DNA of 64,000 nucleotides, taken from Cytophagales bacterium Alg240-R148 (GTDB lineage Bacteria; Bacteroidota; Bacteroidia; Cytophagales; Cyclobacteriaceae). The stretch spans positions 47,440-111,439 of the forward strand of contig LS999830.1 in assembly GCA_900537185.1 (NCBI GenBank), read 5' to 3'. This document shows, piece by piece, positions 28,084 to 36,500 of the stretch. The first letter of the stretch is position 1; every line of letters begins with the position of its first letter. A program made the translations under genes and the position numbers. A model generated the notes under the pieces. The model worked only from the letters and a program-made list of their open reading frames with translations. It was not told the origin of the DNA and made no database searches.

Positions 28084-28902
28084 TTATAGTAGTTGTGCTA
28101 GTTTTGTTTGAATGTCTTGTATTTGGTTTTCTAAAATCATAACCTTTTCTTCTAACATTTTAGGAGGGTTTAAATAGGTGCTAAAGGCACCCTTAACAAC
28201 CCAAAGTTCGGTAATTTCCTTTACAACAAATGTTTTGTCCTGGTAATTGGGGTCGTCACAAGCAAATATTAATTCTTTTTTGCCCACCTGTTTGAGCCTT
28301 TTGGTGGTAATGTCCTCTTTGTCGACTATTACATAAACTGCTCCTTCTTGTAGTTGCTCGGCTAGGACGTCCACATGTTGGCACAATAGAATGTCGCCAT
28401 GGTGCAATCCATTTTGGTGGTATTCCATTTCACTGCCATTCAACTCAAAAGCCCTGCTGTTGCCTTTGAAATTTACAGGTAATTGAATGCTAGGCAAGTT
28501 GTTTATGAAATCTTTACTCTTGTAATTAACAATGTATTCTATGTAGTAATCTTCCTTCACCAAGTGGATGCCGCCCACCTTGTCTGCCTTTTTTATCTCT
28601 GTCTTGAAATGGTGGGCTTGGTCCATTTTCTGATTGAGAATATTGAAATGATAAAGTTCGTTTGTAGATAATTCCTTACTTAACAAAATGTCAATTGACA
28701 AGCCAAAATAATTAGCCATTTGAATAATAGTCTCAATTTTAGGTTCAGCTCTTCCTTCTTCATAAGCCCCAACACTACCTCTGTTTAGATCGAAAATTTC
28801 CGCTAATTTAGCCTGACTGAGCTTTTTAGCTGTTCTTATCTTCTTTATATTTTTACCTATGTGTGACATAATTTTAAAATTAATTGCTAATTTTTTTTGC
28901 AA
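28084..28902 (-). CDS. XRE-family HTH transcriptional repressor fused to an S24 (LexA/CI-like) autopeptidase domain
   Basis: - N-terminal HTH_XRE ('KKIRTAKKLSQAKLAEIFDLNRGSVGAYEEG').
- The C-terminus aligns with the LexA catalytic region: 'NGSEME...GDILLCQH' matches 'KGDSMI...GDLLAVH' (Ser) and 'TTKRLKQVGKKELIF' matches 'VTVKRLKKQGNKVELL' (Lys). Confidence 0.7.
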   Translation of the reverse strand: MQKKLAINFKIMSHIGKNIKKIRTAKKLSQAKLAEIFDLNRGSVGAYEEGRAEPKIETIIQMANYFGLSIDILLSKELSTNELYHFNILNQKMDQAHHFKTEIKKADKVGGIHLVKEDYYIEYIVNYKSKDFINNLPSIQLPVNFKGNSRAFELNGSEMEYHQNGLHHGDILLCQHVDVLAEQLQEGAVYVIVDKEDITTKRLKQVGKKELIFACDDPNYQDKTFVVKEITELWVVKGAFSTYLNPPKMLEEKVMILENQIQDIQTKLAQLL

Positions 28903-28922
28903 TTCTAAAACTTTTAGTAACT

Positions 28923-28936
28923 TGTTTACGTAAACA
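28923..28936. promoter_or_regulatory. perfect 14-bp palindrome TGTTTACGTAAACA; candidate operator about 20 bp upstream of the repressor start codon
   Basis: Perfect inverted repeat read directly in the divergent promoter region between the XRE-S24 repressor gene (-) and the YbjN-like/PspA locus (+). Confidence 0.4.
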
Positions 28937-29055
28937 TAATTAAAATCTTACATAAATTACGAACATAAACAGAAAATGAAACAAAATTTTAGAGCACCGC
29001 CGAACTTTTTTATATGAATTAAATCAAATATATAAATATGCTGAAATTAAATATT

Positions 29056-29063
29056 TAAATTTG
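29056..29063 (+). promoter_or_regulatory. candidate Bacteroidota -7 promoter element (TAAATTTG) for the YbjN-like/PspA operon
   Basis: Matches the TAnnTTTG consensus about 43 nt upstream of the ATG at 29106. Confidence 0.25.
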
Positions 29064-29105
29064 ATAACAACAATGAAAACTTTTGTAATCAAAACATAAA
29101 CAACC

Positions 29106-29501
29106 ATGAACAATTACTTTGCTAAGGTTAAGGACTATCTAATGGACCTGGAATATGACATTTCCTATGAAAACGAAGAAGACGGTGTGATTGTGGTGGA
29201 AAGTGAATCAAATGGAATAAAAAACTTGGTCTTAGGCGTGGCAGACCCTTTGTTGATCATAGAACAATTTATATTTGAAATTCACAACCCATCTCAAGAC
29301 ATTTACAAACAACTCATGATCAAGAGCCGGGACATCATCCACGGAGCGTTTGTATTAGATGAGACAGGCTCTAAGGTTATCTTTAGAAATACACATGAAT
29401 TAGAGAATCTTGATTTGAATGAAATAGAGGCCACATTTAACTCGCTGGCTTTGTTGTTAGGGGAATACTCAAATGAATTAATCGAATTATCTGAAAATTA
29501 A
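29106..29501 (+). CDS. YbjN/DUF2170-like (T3SS-chaperone-like fold) protein
   Basis: 131-aa acidic protein. Its size and pattern ('YLMDLEYDISYENEEDGVIVVE') resemble YbjN-family proteins. It sits immediately upstream of PspA, as with E. coli yjfI-yjfJ. Confidence 0.45.
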   Translation: MNNYFAKVKDYLMDLEYDISYENEEDGVIVVESESNGIKNLVLGVADPLLIIEQFIFEIHNPSQDIYKQLMIKSRDIIHGAFVLDETGSKVIFRNTHELENLDLNEIEATFNSLALLLGEYSNELIELSEN

Positions 29502-29514
29502 ACTACATAAAAAG

Positions 29515-30237
29515 ATGAACATATTTAAAAGAATATTCAAAATAGGAGAGGCGGAAGCACATTCGGCAATTGACAAATTGGAAGATCCAATTAAATTGAC
29601 AGAACAGGGGATTAGAGACTTGAAAGCAGATTTGGATAAAAGTTTGCAGGCATTGGCCGAAGTTAAAGCCATGGGCATCCGTTCTAAGAATGAAGTGAAA
29701 ACGAACCAAAGCAAGGCTAAGGATTACGAAAATAAGGCCATGTTGTTGCTTAAAAAAGCCGAATCTGGCGATATTTCTGCATCCGAGGCCGATCGTTTGG
29801 CCAGTGAGGCATTAGTAAAAAAGGCCGAGCATGAAGGCCACACGGCAAGAGCCAAAGAAGAACAAGATCGCTTTGAAAAAAATGTTTCGCAGTTAGATAC
29901 CAACGTTAAGAGAATTCGTTCTACCATATCCCAATATGAAAACGAATTAAAAACGTTGAAGGCCAGGGTAAAAGTGAGTTCTGCAACTAAAAAGTTGAAC
30001 AAACAAATGGCCCAAATCGATGGGTCGAGCACTGTGTCGATGTTGGAAAGAATGAAGGAAAAGGTAGCTGAAGAAGAAGCATTGGCTGAATCTTATGGCG
30101 AAATCGCGAACGAAAGCAAGTCTGTAGACGACGAAATTGACAAGGCGTTAGAAGGTGGTGTGGCAGAAGCCAGTGCCGCAGATAGTTTGGCCGCTTTAAA
30201 AGCCAAATTGAATAAAGATAAAAACAAAGAGGAGTAG
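29515..30237 (+). CDS. PspA/IM30 (Vipp1/LiaH) family membrane-stress protein
   Basis: N-terminus 'MNIFKRIFKIGEAEAHSAIDKLEDPIKL...' followed by a long coiled-coil. 240 aa. This is the canonical PspA/IM30 architecture. Confidence 0.85.
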   Translation: MNIFKRIFKIGEAEAHSAIDKLEDPIKLTEQGIRDLKADLDKSLQALAEVKAMGIRSKNEVKTNQSKAKDYENKAMLLLKKAESGDISASEADRLASEALVKKAEHEGHTARAKEEQDRFEKNVSQLDTNVKRIRSTISQYENELKTLKARVKVSSATKKLNKQMAQIDGSSTVSMLERMKEKVAEEEALAESYGEIANESKSVDDEIDKALEGGVAEASAADSLAALKAKLNKDKNKEE

Positions 30238-30278
30238 TCCTCTTTGTTTACCCAAAACTTAAACTTTAAATAACTACT

Positions 30279-30908
30279 ATGAAAGAATTGTTTGAAGCGG
30301 CTATGGCTTCCTATAACATTGCACCAACTTTTTTAATGCTATTTGTGTCTTTTTATTGGATCATAGTCATGTTTGGAGCAATAGATATGGATGCCTTGGA
30401 TATAGACATTGATTTGGATGCAGATTTGGACGCAGACGCAGATGTCGAAATCGGAGGAGTGGCTTCAACGCTTTCATTTTTTAACATAGGGCACATGCCC
30501 TTTATGGTGTTTTTAAGTTTTTGGGCATTGCCAGTATGGGTCATTGCCATATTGTCCAACCATTACCTAGGGAATACCAGTTTGCTGATAGGCCTGGCTT
30601 TGTTAATTCCCAATTTTATTGTGTCATTATTTGTTGCAAAAATACTGACCACCCCCATTGCCAAATTTTTTATGAAACTCAAAAGGGAAGATGAAGCAGT
30701 CCGCCCAGTTGGTAAAATGTGCACCGTGATATTACCAATTGTGGAAGACAAAATAGGTCAAGCCGAAATCAAAGTTAACGGAACTTCGGTTTTAATCAGT
30801 GCCAAAACCAAAGATGGCTCCAGCATGCTAAAAGGAGATACTGCCTTGGTTATTGAGCATCAGAAGGAAAAAAATATATTCATAATTGAATCATACTCAA
30901 CAAAATAA
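30279..30908 (+). CDS. NfeD-like (YqiJ-like) membrane protein with a C-terminal OB-fold domain
   Basis: TM helices, an acidic 'DIDIDLDADLDADADVEIGG' stretch, and a C-terminal beta-rich block 'GQAEIKVNGTSVLISAKTKDGSSMLKGDTALVI'. It is immediately upstream of a flotillin gene. Confidence 0.6.
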   Translation: MKELFEAAMASYNIAPTFLMLFVSFYWIIVMFGAIDMDALDIDIDLDADLDADADVEIGGVASTLSFFNIGHMPFMVFLSFWALPVWVIAILSNHYLGNTSLLIGLALLIPNFIVSLFVAKILTTPIAKFFMKLKREDEAVRPVGKMCTVILPIVEDKIGQAEIKVNGTSVLISAKTKDGSSMLKGDTALVIEHQKEKNIFIIESYSTK

Positions 30909-30917
30909 CTAATTCAA

Positions 30918-33083
30918 ATGATAGAGAATCTTGGAATAATAGGTCTTATTTTTATAGTCGGAGTAACATTTGCGTTGCTGGTAATGCTTGCTAGGATGTA
31001 TAGGAAAGCGCTACAAGGAGAAGCCTTGGTCAAAACGGGTTTTGGAGGCACAAAAGTGAATTTTAACGGCATGATAGTACTTCCGGTTATTCATAAATTA
31101 GAAGTAATGGACATTACGGTTAAAACCATTGTAATTTCCAGAACAGCCAGTGATGGCCTGGTTTGTAAAGACAACATGCGAGCCGATATAAAAGTAACTT
31201 TCTTTGTAAGGGTTAACCAAACCCATGAAGATGTCAAACAGGTAGCACAGTCCATTGGGTGCCACCGTGCATCGGATCAGGTGGCATTAGAAGGGTTCTT
31301 TGATGCTAAATTTTCAGAAGCCCTTAAAACGGTAGGTAAGCAGTTTGATTTTGTAGAATTGTACAACTCAAGAGATGACTTCAAAACGCAAATTTTGAAC
31401 ATTATTGGTACCGATTTGAACGGATATGTATTGGACGATTGTGCCATTGATTATTTGGAACAAACGCCTATGAGTTCTATGAATGAAGACAACATCTTGG
31501 ATTCAGAAGGTATTAAAAAAATCATTCAATTAACATCGGAGCAAAAAATTCAATCCAACTTAATCCAAAGGGAAAAAGAGAAAACCATTACCAAGCAAGA
31601 TGTGGAAGCACGAGAAACGGTATTGGAATTGGAAAGGCAGTTGGCAGAGACAGAAGCCAAACAAAGAAGAGAAGTGCACTCGGTACAAGCACGTGAAGAA
31701 GCAGAAACCGATAAGGTAAGGGAAGAAGAACGTTTGAAGGCCGAAAGGGCCAGAATAACAACAGAAGAGGAACTACAGGTGGCCGAAGAGAACAAACTAA
31801 GAGAAGTTGTCATTGCTCAGAAAAATAAAGAACGGGCCGATGCGGTGGAAACAGAAAGGGTGCAACAAGCCCAAATGTTGGAAGCAACTGAAAAGGAGAA
31901 ACTCGTAGCTTTGGCTCAAATATCAAAGGAGAAGGCTTTAGAAGAGGAGCGCAAAAACATACAAGATGTAATAAGAGAGCGGGTTTCAATAGAAAAAACT
32001 GTGGTGGAAGAAGAGGAAAGTATGAAGAACATCAAGGCCTTTTCTGAAGCAGACAGAACTAAGAAAGTAGCGATTACTTTGGCGGAAAAAGATGCAGAAG
32101 AGGCATTAGTGAAAGAGATTAAGAGTGCTGAAGCAGCAAAGAATGCTTCGGAACACTTGGCTAAAAAAATACTTATCGATGCCCAAGCAGAAGAAACTGC
32201 TGCCGTGCATTTAGCAGAATCTAAGAAAACTATGGCAGATGCACAAGCCTCAGAAGCAGCAGCTATTGGGATGTCGGAGGCGCAAGTAATGGAAGCCAAA
32301 GCAGCGGCCTTAGAAAAAGAAGGGGATGCGCAAGCGTCTGTTATTGAAGCCAAAGCAGAGGCTGAAGCAAAAGGCATTGCCATGAAAGGCGAAGCAGAAG
32401 CACAAGCCAACGAGAAAAAAGGATTTGCGGATGCTAAAGTGAACAAAGAAAAAGGAGAAACTGAAGCGCATATCATCGACATTACGGCAGACGCCGAAGA
32501 AAAAAGAGGATTGGCAGAAGCCAAAGTGATGGCAGAGAAATTCTCAGCCGATGCAGAAGGCATCAAGGAGAAAGCCAACGCAATGAAGCAGTTGGATGGA
32601 GTAGGCCAGGCCCACGAAGAGTTTAAGCTGAAGTTGGCCATGGAGAAAGAAGTTGAATTGGCACGCATCGAAATTCAAAAAGAAATTGCAGAAGCACAAG
32701 CCCATGTTATCTCAGAAGCACTTAAAGCAGCCAATATTGATATCGTAGGAGGAGAGACCATGTTCTTTGACCAAATTGTTGGTTCCATCACAAAAGGTAA
32801 ATCAGCAGATCGTCTGGTGCAAAGCAGCGAAGTACTCACCGATGTCAAGGACACTTTCTTTTCAACCGAAACTGGGGGCAACTTTAAAGACAAACTAAGG
32901 CAATTTGTGGATCAATTTGGAGTATCAACGGAAGATGTTAGAAACTTGAGCATCTCTGCTTTGTTACTGAAACTAACCAGCCAAGCAAACGATGAAGGTT
33001 CTCGGGGTGTGTTGAAACAATTGGGTGTATTGGCCGAGTCGTTGGGCATCTCAGGAAACCCTGCAAGTAGTTTAGGCTTATAA
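30918..33083 (+). CDS. flotillin-family (SPFH/band-7, YqiK-like) protein with a long E/A/K-rich coiled-coil
   Basis: N-terminal TM, SPFH core ('VKTIVISRTASDGLVCKDNMRADIKVTFFVRV'), then about 350 aa of EA-repeat coiled coil. Confidence 0.8.
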   Translation: MIENLGIIGLIFIVGVTFALLVMLARMYRKALQGEALVKTGFGGTKVNFNGMIVLPVIHKLEVMDITVKTIVISRTASDGLVCKDNMRADIKVTFFVRVNQTHEDVKQVAQSIGCHRASDQVALEGFFDAKFSEALKTVGKQFDFVELYNSRDDFKTQILNIIGTDLNGYVLDDCAIDYLEQTPMSSMNEDNILDSEGIKKIIQLTSEQKIQSNLIQREKEKTITKQDVEARETVLELERQLAETEAKQRREVHSVQAREEAETDKVREEERLKAERARITTEEELQVAEENKLREVVIAQKNKERADAVETERVQQAQMLEATEKEKLVALAQISKEKALEEERKNIQDVIRERVSIEKTVVEEEESMKNIKAFSEADRTKKVAITLAEKDAEEALVKEIKSAEAAKNASEHLAKKILIDAQAEETAAVHLAESKKTMADAQASEAAAIGMSEAQVMEAKAAALEKEGDAQASVIEAKAEAEAKGIAMKGEAEAQANEKKGFADAKVNKEKGETEAHIIDITADAEEKRGLAEAKVMAEKFSADAEGIKEKANAMKQLDGVGQAHEEFKLKLAMEKEVELARIEIQKEIAEAQAHVISEALKAANIDIVGGETMFFDQIVGSITKGKSADRLVQSSEVLTDVKDTFFSTETGGNFKDKLRQFVDQFGVSTEDVRNLSISALLLKLTSQANDEGSRGVLKQLGVLAESLGISGNPASSLGL

Positions 33084-33280
33084 ACTTGATTTACAGCAGA
33101 AATAATTGAACTGTAAAACTGCGCATGCGCAAACATGAAACAACTCCCGGTGATGGCCGGCACCACTGGGAGTTTGTATAGTCCTCAAGGTTTTGAGGTA
33201 TCAGGAGGCAGCCATTCAAATAAGTTGAATTGAGCTGGCTTTACACAGGAAGTATTTTTAACCGTCTAAAACTCATTGTT

Positions 33281-33502
33281 ATGAAATCTGACGTTCAAAT
33301 ACACCACCAAGCCAAGATTATGATGGCCGTGTTGGTATTGTGTTTTCCTTTGTTGCTCGGGTCGGCTTTTGTACTCAAAAATGACAGTTTGGTGTCATCC
33401 AAACGCAAAAAGGAACACGTTGATAAATACAGTGGTTATGCCGCAATAATTTGCAGCAGCCCACTCGCTTTTTTAATCACAAAGAAAAAACTCGCAAAGT
33501 AA
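33281..33502 (+). CDS. small two-TM membrane protein (73 aa) directly upstream of the giant ATPase. Its stop is 1 nt before the ATPase start codon.
   Basis: Internal-Met start MKSDVQIHHQAKIMMAVLVLCFPLLLGSAFVL, with hydrophobic spans. The longer ORF from 33230 is less likely. Confidence 0.35.
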   Translation: MKSDVQIHHQAKIMMAVLVLCFPLLLGSAFVLKNDSLVSSKRKKEHVDKYSGYAAIICSSPLAFLITKKKLAK

Positions 33503-33503
33503 T

Positions 33504-36500
33504 ATGTCCGAAGACCAATCAACACATAAAGATCAACATTTAGAAGGTGGTACGTATGAAGTACTACAAACCAGGTTGCAAGCGAGCAGCCAAAAGCTTC
33601 GAGATCAGTTGAACTTGCTAAATGATGATCGGAAGAAAGTTTTTGGATCGATTGAAACGGCTCTTTCAGGAACAGAAAGGGTAACTACGGAACACAATTG
33701 TATACCATGGGACATGGTGCCCATTGGCAAACAATTTATTTTCGGATACAATGTTCATATTGGTTTAAAAACTGAAACTACCGTAGAGGATGTCTTTTCT
33801 GTATACCGGTATGAAGACCATGTATTCCATAAAGAATCGATGGATCTGGTTAATAATGCGACGTTCTACGAGGATTTTCAGAAACTTTATAAATATTATA
33901 AAAACACCCATTTTGTTCGCTTCGCTGAAAGGGGCAATAACCTTTTTATGGTTTTTAGAATTGGAAAAGATGTAGCCGATATAAAAACCTTTAAATGGGA
34001 AGTGCAGGGTAGTAAATTGGTATACAAGGGCAATCGAAGCGACCATGAATTTGAGTACCCAGCGCAATTTGATTTCGAATGGAAAAAATGTACCAGAGAG
34101 AATTACAGAGAAGGCCGGTTTTCTCATATCTCGATCGAAAATAAAGTGTTTGTAGAAACTCTGGGTGGCGATTTAACCATTAAAATTGAGGACAATACCG
34201 ATTCTGGGAAGGGTATTTATAGTGAGCCTGTAGACCACAAAGACCAAACATTGGACGATGCCGAAGTGTATTACTCTGTTTTGGGCAATGTGATTTTACT
34301 TAAAATAAGGCCATATCAAGAACTACCACGTTTTTTTGTGTTTAATTCTAAATTAGGAGAAGCCAAAAGAATAGATGAATTAAAAGACTCTTGTATTTTA
34401 TTGCCAGACGACCACGGCATTATTTTTACAAACGGCTACTATTTGCAAACTGGTGAATTCAAAAAGTTTGAAAACGATTTGGAAAGCATGATGTTCGAAA
34501 AGCGCATTGCAGCACCAAATGGTGAGGATTACTTGTATATTTTTTACAATAGATTGTCTGGAACTTATTTGCTTTTGCATTATAATTTAATTGCACAAAA
34601 AGCAGAAAATCCTACCATTTGCCACGGGTATTCTATTTTCGAAAATGGAGAAATGTGTTTGTTCAGAGCAGATGAAGAACAAAAGAAACACCACGCCATT
34701 CAAATATGGCAAACGCCTTATACTGGAGCAGATTATCAGGCAGATACGAGCCATGATTCATATTTGTTTAAAATTGGCAACAAAGACATTGTTAGGGCCA
34801 TGGCAGAATGCCATGAAATACTGACCCTTATTGGCAAGGAAGATTCTTATGCCAATTTGTACCTTGATTTAATCAAACAAGCACAAGACATTCTAGACAG
34901 CTACCATTGGTTGGCCAAAAAAGAAGTGCACCAGGTCAACATTCCTTTGGTGGAGATCAAAGATACTGCCGAATTGGCCGTAGAGGAGTTTGAAAAGGTA
35001 ATCAAAATAAAACAAAATACTTCTCAGAAAATTGCAACTGTTTCTGAAATGGCAGAAACGTTGATTAAAAACATTAAAAAAACTCGAGCCAAATCGATCA
35101 ACGATTATGTATTGAATTTGGCTGAATTGAGAAAGGTAAGAGGCGAAGTAATCTCGTTAAAAGAACTGCGGTATACGGACTTTGAACTAATCGAACAGTA
35201 TGAAAGACAACTAAAAGAATTCAACGACACTACGTCGCAAAAGTGCGTGTCCTTTTTACTGAAAGAAGAAGCTTTGCAGCCTTATGCAGAAAAAGTAGAA
35301 GAGCTCAATCAAAACATAGAAGCAGTTGCGAAGGTAATTGATGCTGATAAAACGGAAGAAAACATCAACCAAGTAGCAGGAGAATTGGAAATGTTGATTG
35401 ACATTGTAGGCAACCTGGATATTGAGGATGCTACGCAGACTACTAAAATAATAGACAACATATCAGAAATTTATGCCCACTTTAACCAACTGCGCGCTGC
35501 GCTTAAAAAGAAACGCAAAGAACTGCTCGGTGTAGAAGGCAAGGCTGCTTTTAATGCACAAATGAAGTTAGTAGACCAGGGCATTATCAATTATTTGGAT
35601 GTTTGTGATACACCTGAGAAATGCGATGAGTTTCTAACAAAACTGATGGTGCAATTAGAGGAATTGGAAGCAAAGTTTTCTGAATTCGACGAATACATAG
35701 AAAAAATATCGGTTAAAAGAGAAGATATTTACAATGCGTTTGAAAATAAAAAGCTGAACCTAGTAGAAGCAAAAAACAAACGCGCTAATAATTTATTAGA
35801 GGCTGCCAACAGAATTATTAAGGCCATTCAAAGCCGTCTATCTCGTTTTACTACTGTAAAAGAGATTAATGGTTATTTTGCAGCAGATGTAATGATTGAA
35901 AAAGCACGTTCCATTATTTCAGAATTGGAAGAGATGGGCGATACAGTCAAATCAGAAGATATTCGCAGCCGATTAAAAACTGCAAAAGAAGATGCAGTAA
36001 GACAATTAAAGGACAAATCTGAGCTCTATGTAGAAGGGGCCAATATTATCAAGTTTGGTAAACATCAATTTACCGTCAATACCCAGTCCCTGGATCTGAC
36101 CATCGTTAACAAGGGCGAAAACATGTATTTTCATTTAACAGGTACCAATTTCTTTGAACCCATTCAAGACGAAGAATTTACTTCTTTGCGCCATGTGTGG
36201 GACCAGCAATCGGTGTCTGAAAACGATGAGATTTACAAGGCAGAATACTTGGTGTACCAATTGTACAAAGCCATGGAAGCCAAAGAATTGGAACACACGT
36301 TGGATTCCCTCTTTAATGCAACAGAAGAAGAAATTCAAGACCTTGTGTCGCAGTTTATGTCGGTACGTTTTAATGAGGGGTATGTAAAAGGAGTACACGA
36401 CTACGATGCTGCGCTGTTGTTTAGGGCGCTGATCAACATTGTTCATTCGGCCGATTTGTTGCGTTTCTCAAGTAGATCAAGGGCTTTAGCGGCAATGTGG

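Noticed and set aside
27402-29501. Possible prophage or integrative element, suggested by the CI/LexA-like repressor.
   Set aside because: No integrase, excisionase, terminase, capsid or tail genes, attachment-site repeats or tRNA are nearby. The flanking genes are ordinary chromosomal or membrane-stress genes. It is better treated as a stand-alone regulatory module.
31600-32700. Repetitive GAAGC/GCAGAAG units that could be mistaken for a CRISPR-like or tandem-repeat array.
   Set aside because: The repeats are short (3-9 nt), irregular and in-frame within the flotillin coiled-coil. No repeat-spacer periodicity exists anywhere in the window.
31550-32893. Ala/Ser-rich antisense ORFs (up to 250 aa) on the minus strand of the flotillin gene.
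   Set aside because: They are the reverse complement of the GAA/GCA-rich codons that encode the E/A/K coiled-coil. They are mirror artefacts of a real low-complexity coding repeat.
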